A DNA stretch of 64,000 bases from assembly GCA_905235745.1 (NCBI GenBank), contig CAJOMN010000013.1, positions 13,931-77,930 on the forward strand, written 5' to 3'. The notes under the pieces were generated by a model. The model searched no databases and was not told the DNA's origin. It saw only the letters and a list, made by a program, of their open reading frames with translations. The position numbers and the translations under genes are program-made. This document shows, piece by piece, positions 1 to 8,637 of this stretch. Numbering within the stretch: position 1 is the stretch's first letter; the number at the start of each line of letters is the position of its first letter. This DNA is from an uncultured Lachnospiraceae bacterium. Its GTDB lineage: Bacteria; Bacillota; Clostridia; Lachnospirales; Lachnospiraceae.

Positions 1-273
1 GTTAGTACCGATCGGGTTCCAGCTTGCAACTGTTCCCCACTGCTGACCTGCAAAATACAGGGTCTCGTTTCTGGGAAGTTCACCTTCTGCTGTTTCAGCA
101 GGAGCTTCTTCAACAGCCTCTTCAACAGGAGCTGCTTCTTCCTCAACCGGAGCTGCTTCGGGTTCGGGTGCCGGAGCTACTGCTTCGCTGGATCCGCATC
201 CTGCGAGAAGAGCAGCCGTCATAGAACCGACAGCAACGATAGAAACAAGTTTTTTCACAACATTTTTCTTCAT
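1..273 (-). CDS. ABC-transporter solute-binding lipoprotein, 5' part only (91 codons; the gene continues past the window start)
   Basis: Absent from the ORF track because it has no stop inside the window. The minus-strand ATG at 273-271 is preceded by GGGAGGAAATAGAAGA (RBS). The translation MKKNVVKKLVSIVAVGSMTAALLAGCGSSEAVAPAPEPEAAP...ETLYFAGQQWGTVASWNPIGTN gives a signal peptide, an LAGC lipobox, an Ala/Pro/Glu linker and the start of a binding-protein domain. The 24..224 plus-strand ORF is its antisense shadow. Confidence 0.7.
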   Translation of the reverse strand, partial: MKKNVVKKLVSIVAVGSMTAALLAGCGSSEAVAPAPEPEAAPVEEEAAPVEEAVEEAPAETAEGELPRNETLYFAGQQWGTVASWNPIGTN

Positions 274-490
274 TCTTCTATTTCCTCCCTTGAAAATGAT
301 TTTTCTGTAATCCGGTTGCCGAATTACTGCCATTATGCTAACATACAGAAGGGGTCATTTATATCATATTTTCCCTTTTTATATTAAAATGTCCATTTCT
401 TTTAAGGATTTTTGTGCTATTTTTGTATTTTGTTAACCATTTGACAATTTGTTTTGTGCATTTTTTAATTGATGCCAAGAAGGGTCACAT

Positions 491-1768
491 ATGAAGCTGA
501 ATAAAACAAACCGTTCGGAAGAATTACTGGTCAGTTACTATAAGAATTCCCATATGCCGGTCTGGATATACGATAATAATGAGGAACTTTATTTTACCAA
601 TTTTACGGATCCGATACTGCTTCATATAATGGACACGATCACTCCGATCGCCAGGAGGTTTCGTATGGAAGGCTCGTATACCGATTTCATGAAGCTGTAC
701 GGAACCGCCAATGAAATCTATCTGTGCTTTTTCATAGCCGGGGACCGCAAGAATCTCTTTACAGTTGTTATAGGTCCGGCATTCCTTGTATATCCTACCG
801 ACGAAGTATGGGATCAGCTGTCTTTTGGCAGGCACATATGGGAAAACCAGCGTGATAAGTGCGTGGAAGGTATTGCAGTACTCACTCTCGAATCATTCTT
901 GTCCAATTCACGCTTTATAATGCAGCTTCTCGGTATATATCATCTTGATCCGACACAGCTTGCCGATACAATGCCTATATTCAATTACTTTACATCCGAA
1001 AGACAGCACCTTGAGGACATTAATGATGATATTACCAATGACTACTATATGATAAGACAGGCATATTCGCTTGAAGAAGAGGTTCTGTATAATATCAGGA
1101 AGGGATTTGCGGATAAGGTCGACGAGCTGGTGATAGAACGCGACAGGCTCAGATTACTGCTTCCATCCGACTCACTCAAGGAAAACGTGACAGCCGGCAT
1201 CGCCCTTTTGGGTGCTGCCAGAAGAAGTGCCGTATCGGGAGGTATGAAAATGGAAGAATCGCAGGCGCTCTTCCGCTCATATTCCGGGCAGCTTCAGGTG
1301 TGCAGGGATAATATTGAGGCCTATCGTCTGATGCATGATGCGCTGTGCGCTTTTGCCGAAGGTGTCCAAAGCGTATCCGTACTGTTCCTGGATAATTACC
1401 CGGACACGATCAAAAACTGTATACAGGTCATCCATGACCATATGCCCGGTAAGATCACGCTCGAAGAGCTTTCCGAGGAAGTGCATCTGACTCCGAAGTA
1501 TCTGTCTGCCCTGTTTTGCAAGGAAACAGGCACTTCCCTCTCCCAGTTCATAACCTCAATGCGGATAGACGAAGCCAAGCAGATGCTGACCAACACGGAA
1601 ATGTCTTATCTGGAGATCAGCACCGCGCTTGACTATTGTTCCCAGAGCCACTTTACATCAACATTTAAGAAGATAGTGGGCATCACGCCGAAAGAATACA
1701 GACTGCACCATCAGAAGCCCGGCGTAGTTACCGAAATGCTATCGGATATCATATACGCTTCTGACTGA
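491..1768 (+). CDS. AraC/XylS-family transcriptional regulator
   Basis: The C-terminal ~100 aa carry the double helix-turn-helix of AraC regulators (LTLEELSEEVHLTPKYLSALFCKETGTSLSQF...; YLEISTALDYCSQSHFTSTFKKIVGITPKEYR). The N-terminal sensor domain is unassigned. The gene lies between a binding-protein gene and a GH2 gene. Confidence 0.85.
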   Translation: MKLNKTNRSEELLVSYYKNSHMPVWIYDNNEELYFTNFTDPILLHIMDTITPIARRFRMEGSYTDFMKLYGTANEIYLCFFIAGDRKNLFTVVIGPAFLVYPTDEVWDQLSFGRHIWENQRDKCVEGIAVLTLESFLSNSRFIMQLLGIYHLDPTQLADTMPIFNYFTSERQHLEDINDDITNDYYMIRQAYSLEEEVLYNIRKGFADKVDELVIERDRLRLLLPSDSLKENVTAGIALLGAARRSAVSGGMKMEESQALFRSYSGQLQVCRDNIEAYRLMHDALCAFAEGVQSVSVLFLDNYPDTIKNCIQVIHDHMPGKITLEELSEEVHLTPKYLSALFCKETGTSLSQFITSMRIDEAKQMLTNTEMSYLEISTALDYCSQSHFTSTFKKIVGITPKEYRLHHQKPGVVTEMLSDIIYASD

Positions 1769-4219
1769 CAATCCGGACGGCTCACCCTTTATGATCTTTA
1801 CTCTCTTCTCTCCGCCGTTCAGATCGAAGAAATTATCGGACAGGATCAGATCGTCATTGTCGTTCCTGATCTCTATACCCTTGGCGTATCTTGCCGCGGA
1901 CACTATCAACTCATCGCCGCCTCTTGTGACCGTAAGTTCGGGATCCGTGAACTTGAAATGCTTCGGCGGGCAGAACAGTACGGTTCCCTCGGAGACAACA
2001 TTTCCGTTTTCCTCAAACTGATAGCTGACATAATCCTCGTAGAGTGAAGCCTCATCCAGTTCCACCCTGTCGAGCCATACTGCTGACAGCGCATCTATGC
2101 TGACATTTTCGCTGCTCTCCCTTAATACTGTCCCTTCATTATTCCGAAGCTGCCATGAAACCTTTCCGCTTCTCGGAGTCATAGATTCATTGGCAACATT
2201 CAGCCTGATGGATTTAATGACATCAAAAGGCTCGGCATTAACATTCATGCTCTGCGTCAATAGACCTTCTTCCTCACACGATACCATTAACGGGGCAAAG
2301 AATCTCCGCGCATAGTAGTGAAGCGCTTTCCAGCGGCCGTAGTAATCTATCGATGCCCAGGAGGCAACCGGCCAGCAGTCATTAAGCTGCCAGTATACCG
2401 TTCCCATGCAGCGTCCCCTGTTTCTCCTGAAGTGTTCGACGCCGTACTTTATCGCCTCCGCCTGAAGGAGCTGGGAAGCATATATGAGCGTATCGAGATC
2501 GTTCGGGTACAGGAATGTCTGCTCCATGTAGTTCATTATCTTGCCGTTGGCGGATGCGTTCCTCTGATGCTTCTCCATTACATAGGAAAACACATTCCGA
2601 TCCTCGGGAAGCGTAAAGCTCTCAATCGTGCGGATCGACGGGAACGACTGGAATCCGAACTCCGACAGATACCTGAAATAATAATTTCTGTAATCCGTAA
2701 ACGGCTTGTTGTCATGCCATACTTCCCAATAATGCACGTCTCCCCTGTCAGGGTCATTCGGATTATCAAAGCTTCCTCCCGATGACGGGGATGCCGGCCA
2801 GTAGAATCTGTCGGGATCCTCTTCCTCAAGAAGTCTCGGGAACAGATATTCATACATCTTGACATAATCGCTCTTAATAGCGTACTTTGCGCCCCATCCT
2901 CCCAGCGCGACGAACATTTCCATTTCATTGTTGCCGCACCACAGAGCAATGCACGGATGATGCGCAAGCCTTCTAACCTGGTCTTTCAGCTCGGCAAGTA
3001 TATTATCTTCAAAATCACGTGTCAGCCTGTAATTGGCACATGCAAACATAAAATCCTGCCATACCGTGATACCGAGCTCATCACAGGCATCGAAGAAGCT
3101 GTCATCGGGATAGATTCCTCCGCCCCACACACGGATACAGTTAAAATTCGCCGCAACACATTGTTCGAGAAGATTGCGGGTCCGCTCCTTATTCATCCTC
3201 GGAAGTATGTTGTCCTCCGGAATATAATCGGCACCCATCGCAAAGAACTTGACGTTGTTGACAACATTCGCAAATTCCTCGCCGTATTCATCCTTTGCGG
3301 TGCTTATCTCAAGCTTTCGTATTCCGATACGCTTAACGCTCCGGTCACATGTAACCCCGTCCTTATCTTCAAGTTCTATAGTAACGGTATAGAGCGGATG
3401 GGCACCGAGCCCGTTAGGCCACCATAACTGTGGGGACTGTATATTAAGCCCGTCTTCCCGGCCCGTTATATCTTTCCTGTCATATAACACCCTGCCGTCG
3501 GGATCGCTGATGCTTACAAGCACTTTGAGTCCGGATTCTCCAATACTGTCGGATGTGTAACCATTCGCATATACAAGGTCATAGCTAATGTCCAGGGAAA
3601 CATCGGTCAGAGCATCACCGAACTCCTGATGAATGTATATCCTGTCAAAGCGTGCCGACCTCACGCTCAAAAGCTCAACCTCTTTCCATATGCCGGCATC
3701 AGGGAGCCTCGGGCCCCAGTCCCAACCGAACATGCAGTGTCCTTTCCTGATCTTGGGGAATCCGCGCATTGCATCCTCGGTACCGAGTATCTCGGGATCC
3801 AGCTCATACTGTTCGGCTATATACTTAACAGGCGAGTGAAATACTATCCTCAGGTCATTTACCCCGTCCCGAAGCAGGCTCTTGACGGAATAATCCCATG
3901 TGCGGTGCATATTGCAGACGTTACCTATATTACTGCCGTTAAGCTCTATATCGGCAAGCGTATCAAGGCCGTTAAAGCGAAGCAGAACTTCGTCAGATGA
4001 GTAAATATCATCTGCTGATACAGTAAAATTCCCGAGATATTCAAAATCATTACGCATAAGATCAAGCGCGGCATTTTCATTATCCCGGTAATAGGGATCT
4101 TCCATACGCCCTGCGCTTAGCAGGTCGTTATATACCGAACCGGGAACAGACGCGGGTATATAATCATCAGTTCCGACCATCCTCATTTTCCAATTCTGCT
4201 GACTGTCAATTCTCTTCAT
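1739..4219 (-). CDS. Glycoside hydrolase family 2, beta-mannosidase-like
   Basis: An 826-aa ORF with GH2-type strings: SPQLWWPNGLGAHPLY, NCIRVWGGGIYPDD, WQDFMFAC, ALWCGNNE (acid/base Glu region) and YLSEFGFQSFP (nucleophile Glu region). No signal peptide. Its 3' end overlaps the convergent AraC gene by 30 nt. Confidence 0.8.
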   Translation of the reverse strand: MKRIDSQQNWKMRMVGTDDYIPASVPGSVYNDLLSAGRMEDPYYRDNENAALDLMRNDFEYLGNFTVSADDIYSSDEVLLRFNGLDTLADIELNGSNIGNVCNMHRTWDYSVKSLLRDGVNDLRIVFHSPVKYIAEQYELDPEILGTEDAMRGFPKIRKGHCMFGWDWGPRLPDAGIWKEVELLSVRSARFDRIYIHQEFGDALTDVSLDISYDLVYANGYTSDSIGESGLKVLVSISDPDGRVLYDRKDITGREDGLNIQSPQLWWPNGLGAHPLYTVTIELEDKDGVTCDRSVKRIGIRKLEISTAKDEYGEEFANVVNNVKFFAMGADYIPEDNILPRMNKERTRNLLEQCVAANFNCIRVWGGGIYPDDSFFDACDELGITVWQDFMFACANYRLTRDFEDNILAELKDQVRRLAHHPCIALWCGNNEMEMFVALGGWGAKYAIKSDYVKMYEYLFPRLLEEEDPDRFYWPASPSSGGSFDNPNDPDRGDVHYWEVWHDNKPFTDYRNYYFRYLSEFGFQSFPSIRTIESFTLPEDRNVFSYVMEKHQRNASANGKIMNYMEQTFLYPNDLDTLIYASQLLQAEAIKYGVEHFRRNRGRCMGTVYWQLNDCWPVASWASIDYYGRWKALHYYARRFFAPLMVSCEEEGLLTQSMNVNAEPFDVIKSIRLNVANESMTPRSGKVSWQLRNNEGTVLRESSENVSIDALSAVWLDRVELDEASLYEDYVSYQFEENGNVVSEGTVLFCPPKHFKFTDPELTVTRGGDELIVSAARYAKGIEIRNDNDDLILSDNFFDLNGGEKRVKIIKGEPSGLSVRSVYDIR

Positions 4220-4376
4220 AGTAAATAACCTCTCTTACATATTACCGGCTCATTTCTAATATCCGGATAATGATACGCAGCACGCACACTATGTGTGCAA
4301 TGTGCTGCAAAAACACCTCAACCTCTCGTCATTTTTACAAAAATGACTACGGTTTCGGTGTTTTTCGGGTCATAAA

Positions 4377-4411
4377 GTCATAAATTTTCATGCAAGCATG
4401 AAAATTATGAC
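4377..4411. repeat. Near-perfect 35-bp palindrome GTCATAAATTTTCATGC-AA-GCATGAAAATTATGAC, preceded by the tandem repeat GTCATAAA GTCATAAA
   Basis: Read directly. The inner arms 4384-4393 and 4396-4405 are perfectly complementary (10 bp). The outer GTCATA/TATGAC arms are offset by one extra A in the left arm. The direct repeat GTCATAAA occurs at 4369-4376 and 4377-4384. Confidence 0.85.
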
Positions 4412-4487
4412 CTTCTGACCCTTGTATCATAATAAATATAACAAAAGAATTGCAACATAAAAATCCTATACAAAAAAATAATTTATG

Positions 4488-4518
4488 TTTACATAACTGT
4501 ACCGGATTGTGATATAAT
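4488..4518 (+). promoter_or_regulatory. Putative sigma-A promoter of the recombinase gene (TTTACA-N19-TATAAT with an extended -10 TG)
   Basis: TTTACA at 4488-4493, TGATATAAT at 4510-4518, and the ATG at 4575 preceded by AAGGGGATAAGGGGAAC. The 19-nt spacer is longer than optimal. Confidence 0.4.
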
Positions 4519-4574
4519 AGCCTGGAAGGGGATATTATATACGATAAATAAGTAATAAAGGGGATAAGGGGAAC

Positions 4575-5624
4575 ATGGATAATCTGAATTATCATGATAA
4601 AAAGAACGCGGAAAACATGGTAAAGCTAAGGGAGCTTATGACTACTCTTCCGCCGTTTTGCAGGGAATTCTTCCTCGGGATCAAGGACACCACTTCTACA
4701 AGGACGCGTCTTGCCTATGCGTATGATCTGCGGCTGTTCTTTGAATATCTGCATGACAATCATCCCAGATTCATGAATACCGATATTACAGAATATAAGG
4801 TCGAATGGCTCGACGAAGTCAAGGCTCTTGATATAACGGAGTATCTTGATTATCTGTCATATTATGAAAAAGATAATGAAGCAGTTACTAATGAAGAGCG
4901 CGGAAAGCAGCGCAAGCTTGCTTCATTGAGAAGCTTTTATAAGTTCTTCTTCAATTCCGAGATCATTCAAAAGAATCCCGCGGCTCTTGTATCAATGCCA
5001 AAGCTTCATAAAAAGGAGATCATCCGTCTCGATCCGGACGAAGTTGCGCTTCTTCTTGACCATGTGGAAAACGGCGACCAAATGAGCAAACAACAGGCGG
5101 CGTTTCACGAAAAAACAAAAGTCCGGGATCTGGCGATCATCACTCTTCTGCTCGGTACAGGTATCCGTGTGTCGGAATGCGTGGGACTTGATATCAATGA
5201 CGTTGATTTCAAGAATAACGGAATACTTGTAAGACGCAAGGGCGGATACGAAGCAGTCGTATACTTCGGTGATGAAGTTGAATCCGCTCTGAAAGAGTAT
5301 CTGAAAGAAAGACACTCAATAATACCGGAAAGCGGACATGAGAATGCGCTGTTTCTATCGCTGCAGAACAAACGGTTATCGGTTCGTGCAGTCGAGAACC
5401 TTGTGAAGAAATATGCATCAGCGGTAACTTCATTGAAAAAAATAACGCCTCATAAGCTTAGAAGTACCTACGGCACCAGCCTGTATCGCGAAACCGGGGA
5501 TATCTACCTGGTAGCCGATGTTCTGGGCCATTCAGATGTCAACACAACCAAAAAACATTACGCAGCGCTTGAAGACGACAGAAGACGCATGGCTGCAACA
5601 GCCGTCAGACTCCGCGAGGATTGA
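4575..5624 (+). CDS. Tyrosine site-specific recombinase, Xer (XerC/XerD/XerS-like) family
   Basis: A 349-aa ORF with an N-terminal SAM-like core-binding domain (RLAYAYDLRLFFEYL, LASLRSFYKFF). The catalytic residues are all present: R in LLGTGIRVSE, K in VRRKGG, H-x-x-R in TPHKLRST, H in VLGHSD and the nucleophile Y in TKKHY. Confidence 0.85.
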   Translation: MDNLNYHDKKNAENMVKLRELMTTLPPFCREFFLGIKDTTSTRTRLAYAYDLRLFFEYLHDNHPRFMNTDITEYKVEWLDEVKALDITEYLDYLSYYEKDNEAVTNEERGKQRKLASLRSFYKFFFNSEIIQKNPAALVSMPKLHKKEIIRLDPDEVALLLDHVENGDQMSKQQAAFHEKTKVRDLAIITLLLGTGIRVSECVGLDINDVDFKNNGILVRRKGGYEAVVYFGDEVESALKEYLKERHSIIPESGHENALFLSLQNKRLSVRAVENLVKKYASAVTSLKKITPHKLRSTYGTSLYRETGDIYLVADVLGHSDVNTTKKHYAALEDDRRRMAATAVRLRED

Positions 5625-5627
5625 TCC

Positions 5628-6038
5628 TTAGAAGCCGGGGTTATCGATTTCTGAGATATAGTAAGGAACAACGATATAATTCCCGGGAATAAGCGCCTCA
5701 TCCACTGATATATGATTAATGCTCCTGATCTCGGACGACAGTTGCTCAACAGATGTAAAACCAAATCCGTAATTATCTTCCGCGATCGACTCAACCGTAT
5801 CCCGGCAATAGATCATCACACTCTTATACTGTTTCGTTCCGAAACTGTCATTGTCTCCCGAGGCGGTATCCGCAGATGCCCTGACCGAAAATATAACAAT
5901 AAATGCTATAGTAATAAATGCACCGATGATTATAAGCAGTTTCTGACGCTTGACCTGTCTGGCTCTGGCAATTCTGCGGTATCTCTGCTCTTCAACTCTG
6001 TCCATGTAACGATAATTCCCATAATAAGTTGATCTCAT
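5628..6038 (-). CDS. LysM-domain membrane protein, YneA-like candidate SOS cell-division inhibitor
   Basis: A basic N-terminus is followed by one TM helix (LLIIIGAFITIAFIVIFSV) and a C-terminal LysM-like segment (VMIYCRDTVESIAEDNY...IRSINHISVDEALIPGNYIVVPY). It is divergent from lexA, and LexA boxes lie in and just after its promoter. The arrangement matches B. subtilis yneA-lexA. Confidence 0.65.
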   Translation of the reverse strand: MRSTYYGNYRYMDRVEEQRYRRIARARQVKRQKLLIIIGAFITIAFIVIFSVRASADTASGDNDSFGTKQYKSVMIYCRDTVESIAEDNYGFGFTSVEQLSSEIRSINHISVDEALIPGNYIVVPYYISEIDNPGF

Positions 6039-6101
6039 ATTCTCCCCGTTCCCTTCGAATCAGATCTCGATTATCAAATCTCAATTATCAAATATATGTT
6101 C

Positions 6102-6115
6102 GGAACATTTGTTCT
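6102..6115. promoter_or_regulatory. LexA (Cheo) box 1: gGAACATTTGTTCt
   Basis: The GAAC-N4-GTTC core is perfect against the Firmicute consensus CGAAC-N4-GTTCG. It lies just downstream of the predicted -10 of the LysM gene. Confidence 0.65.
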
Positions 6116-6125
6116 GTATGTTTGC

Positions 6126-6154
6126 ATTATATCGAACAGATTTTCGAATGTCAA
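6126..6154 (-). promoter_or_regulatory. Consensus sigma-A promoter of the LysM/YneA-like gene (TTGACA-N17-TATAAT)
   Basis: On the minus strand, TTGACA is at 6154-6149 and TATAAT at 6131-6126, with a 17-nt spacer. LexA box 2 fills that spacer. Confidence 0.7.
6133..6146. promoter_or_regulatory. LexA (Cheo) box 2: CGAACAGATTTTCG
   Basis: One mismatch to CGAAC-N4-GTTCG. It sits exactly between the -35 and -10 of the divergent LysM-gene promoter. Confidence 0.65.
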
Positions 6155-6186
6155 TAGGTATTTTGAAATTTTTCGAACATATTTTT

Positions 6187-6200
6187 CGAAAATATGTTTG
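6187..6200. promoter_or_regulatory. LexA (Cheo) box 3 (weaker): CGAAAATATGTTTG
   Basis: Two mismatches to the consensus. It overlaps the candidate -35 (TTTGCA, 6197-6202) of a lexA promoter whose -10 TAATAT is at 6221-6226, which would give autoregulation. Confidence 0.4.
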
Positions 6201-6300
6201 CATATGCCGTTCCAATATGGTAATATATTTGCAGATCAATAATACAGTGAACGGATTTAATCCATTTCCTTAATTATTTAACTATGCAAGGGAGGTATTT

Positions 6301-6918
6301 ATGGCGAAGGGTAATATTTCATCCAAACAGGAAGAGATTCTTGAATATCTCAAGGAGGTCATTCTGAAGAAAGGCTATCCGCCTTCGGTCAGGGAGATAT
6401 GCACAGCCGTGGGGCTCAGTTCCACATCAAGCGTATTCAATCATCTGGAGAAGCTTGAGAAGAACGGTTACATCAGAAGAGATCCGGCCAAGCCGCGCTG
6501 CATTGAGATCGTCGATGACAGTTTCCAGCTTACGAGACGCGAAATGGCACAGATTCCGATTGTCGGACAGGTTGCTGCGGGACAGCCTATCCTTGCCCAG
6601 CAGAATATTACCGACTACTTTCCCATACCGGTCGAGTACGCTCCCAATGCAGAGAGCTTTATACTCAAGGTCAAGGGCGAGAGCATGATCAATGTTGGGA
6701 TAATGGATGGAGACCAGATATTGGTCGAGAGATGCAATACCGCCAGAAACGGCGACATAGTCGTTGCACTGATCGACGATTCGGCAACCGTCAAGACATA
6801 TTACAAGGAGAACGGTCATTACAGGCTTCAGCCCGAGAATGACACAATGGAACCCATTATCGTTGATAATGTTGAGATCCTCGGCAGGGTATACGGAGTT
6901 TTCCGCTTTTTCAACTGA
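6301..6918 (+). CDS. lexA: LexA SOS repressor
   Basis: An N-terminal winged HTH (GYPPSVREICTAVGLSSTSSVFNHLEKLEKNGYIRR), the AG autocleavage site (VAAGQP), and an S24 peptidase domain with Ser (VKGESM) and Lys (ATVKTYY). The RBS GGGAGG lies upstream. Confidence 0.95.
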   Translation: MAKGNISSKQEEILEYLKEVILKKGYPPSVREICTAVGLSSTSSVFNHLEKLEKNGYIRRDPAKPRCIEIVDDSFQLTRREMAQIPIVGQVAAGQPILAQQNITDYFPIPVEYAPNAESFILKVKGESMINVGIMDGDQILVERCNTARNGDIVVALIDDSATVKTYYKENGHYRLQPENDTMEPIIVDNVEILGRVYGVFRFFN

Positions 6919-6999
6919 CATACTCCACTTTTTCGCCCCTCATATACTTTGGGACGGTTATCCCGTCCCAACCTGTACGAACTATCGTACACACAAAGG

Positions 7000-7030
7000 G
7001 AGTCCGCTGTAATCGGCGGACTCTTCTTTA
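7000..7030 (+). terminator. Rho-independent terminator after lexA
   Basis: GAGTCCGC (7000-7007) pairs with GCGGACTC (7016-7023) and is followed by TTCTTTATT. Two further hairpins (GGGACGG/CCGTCCC at 6951-6969, GTACGA/TCGTAC at 6975-6990) occupy the same convergent gap. Confidence 0.7.
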
Positions 7031-7031
7031 T

Positions 7032-7382
7032 TCATTGTTTGATTTCCCTGCCGTCACGGTACAGTCTTTCCAGATCATAGAAGCTTCGTGTTTCCTTGTC
7101 AAACAGATGAAATATCACATCTTCGTATGCGATAAGTATCCAGTTGGCATTGTCATATCCTTCGATGCAGTAATGATCGTATCCGGCAAGCGAAAGCTTT
7201 TCATCAGTCTCATCGCTCATGGCCTGTATCTGTTTGGTGTTGTTCCCGCTCGCGATCACAAGTGCATCCGCTATCACACTGATATCGGATATATCTATAA
7301 CCTTAATATCTTCGGCCTTTTTGTCCGACAGCGCCTTTACGCCTGTCTCTATTATTACTCCGGCTTCATTTGAAATTGCCAT
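7032..7382 (-). CDS. rsfS: Ribosome silencing factor RsfS (IojAP family)
   Basis: A 116-aa ORF at the conserved position at the end of the nadD-yqeK-rsfS cluster. The strings ALVIASG and NWILIAYEDVIFHLF are typical of the family. Confidence 0.85.
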   Translation of the reverse strand: MAISNEAGVIIETGVKALSDKKAEDIKVIDISDISVIADALVIASGNNTKQIQAMSDETDEKLSLAGYDHYCIEGYDNANWILIAYEDVIFHLFDKETRSFYDLERLYRDGREIKQ

Positions 7383-7404
7383 TTATCAAGCTCTCCTATC
7401 ACAT

Positions 7405-8004
7405 TTATTTAATGTGTTTACAGTAATAATCGTATGTCTCCACAGTCATACGGTCTACGGTAGTCTTATTGCCGTCCAGGTAATCAAGCGTATTCCGGCA
7501 TATCAGCGCCACCGCCTCATCAATATCGGAAAAAGCAGTTTGCCTTATCCGGTCAAGCTCAGGGATGGATGAACGGTTCGGCTCGATATAATCGGCGGTA
7601 AAGATGATCTCCTCCAGATCTGTCATTCCGGGTCTTCCCGTCGTATGGTACCTGACCGCGCTTAGTATCCCGCTGTCGGTAATACCGTATTTATCCCTTG
7701 CAACTATGCTTCCTGCCAACGCATGAAGCAGTTCGGGATTATCAAGCTGGATATCTGTCGGCTCATACCCTTCCCTTTTAACTGTTTCAAGCAGTTCGGA
7801 TGGTTTCATCCCTTTTGCGCAGTCATGAACGAGACCGGCTATATACGCCTTCCTAATGTCGCAGCCGTAACGCATTGCAAGACAGGCAGCGGTATTGCTG
7901 ACGGATATGGAGTGGGCATACCTTTTCGCGCTTATGTCCGTCTTTAATATATGCCGGTATCTATCATACTCTTCATCAATAACAATCGTTCCCATAATTG
8001 ACAA
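7405..8004 (-). CDS. yqeK: HD-domain bis(5'-nucleosyl)-tetraphosphatase YqeK
   Basis: HD motif (RYAHSISV...GLVHDCAK). Lies immediately downstream of nadD, as in Firmicutes. Confidence 0.85.
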   Translation of the reverse strand: MSIMGTIVIDEEYDRYRHILKTDISAKRYAHSISVSNTAACLAMRYGCDIRKAYIAGLVHDCAKGMKPSELLETVKREGYEPTDIQLDNPELLHALAGSIVARDKYGITDSGILSAVRYHTTGRPGMTDLEEIIFTADYIEPNRSSIPELDRIRQTAFSDIDEAVALICRNTLDYLDGNKTTVDRMTVETYDYYCKHIK

Positions 8005-8637
8005 TCATACGTTCTGTTTGCGATACAGCCCATTATCTTTAATGTACCGCACAACCTTGTTATCAAGATAATATCTGCAGCTTCTTCCGTCTGCTATCAT
8101 TTCACGGATGAAGGTGGAAGATATCGGGATCTCATCATCATCCATAATAATAACATCCGCATTGTAATTATCCCTTAAATATCCTGCCTGCGCTTTTATC
8201 ATCTTATCCGGCACATTGTCTCTTCGGGCGCATACTATCGTACATGACGAGAATATATCAAATGGCCTTTTCCATCTTTCCATTGAAAACAGCGTATCCG
8301 CACCGATTATATAATAATAACGGGTATCAGGATTCCGGCTTGTTAAAATATCAAGTGTTTCGCATGTATAGCTGTTGCCTTCCCTGTCCGCCTCTATGGT
8401 GGAAAGCTCGAATCTGTCATTATCCTCAATGGCAAGTCTTGTCATCTCAACCCTGTCGGATACATCGGCAACATCATCCGGATCTTTCAAATACGAACAT
8501 CCCGACGGCATTATCAGCACCTTATCGAGTCCGCACCGCTCCAACGCATTTTGCGCAATAATCAGATGTCCTACATGAATAGGATTAAAAGTGCCTCCGA
8601 GTATTCCGACTTTTTTAGAATAACTACTGTTATTCAT
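8005..8637 (-). CDS. nadD: Nicotinate-nucleotide adenylyltransferase
   Basis: VGILGGTFNPIHVGH (the HxGH nucleotidyltransferase motif) and a C-terminal ISSTFIR motif. Confidence 0.9.
   Translation of the reverse strand: MNNSSYSKKVGILGGTFNPIHVGHLIIAQNALERCGLDKVLIMPSGCSYLKDPDDVADVSDRVEMTRLAIEDNDRFELSTIEADREGNSYTCETLDILTSRNPDTRYYYIIGADTLFSMERWKRPFDIFSSCTIVCARRDNVPDKMIKAQAGYLRDNYNADVIIMDDDEIPISSTFIREMIADGRSCRYYLDNKVVRYIKDNGLYRKQNV

Noticed and set aside
24-224. 66-aa plus-strand ORF at the window start
   Set aside because: It lies antisense to a well-supported lipoprotein gene (RBS, signal peptide, lipobox) and translates to a Leu/Gln/Pro-rich low-complexity string. It is an antisense shadow.
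1739-1768. 30-nt 3'-3' overlap of the convergent AraC and GH2 genes
   Set aside because: It is real in the sequence, but it probably only reflects non-conserved C-terminal tails of both proteins. There is no hairpin or other signal in the overlap.
4481-4494. TTATGTTTACAT resembling the XerD arm (TTATGTTAAAT) of canonical dif
   Set aside because: Only the right-arm half matches. The would-be left arm and spacer (poly-A) do not resemble dif, and the motif coincides with the -35 of the recombinase promoter.
4347-4595. 82-aa minus-strand ORF covering the GH2/recombinase intergenic region
   Set aside because: It lies in AT-rich promoter DNA, overlaps the recombinase start and its RBS, has no RBS of its own, and gives a hydrophobic junk-like translation.
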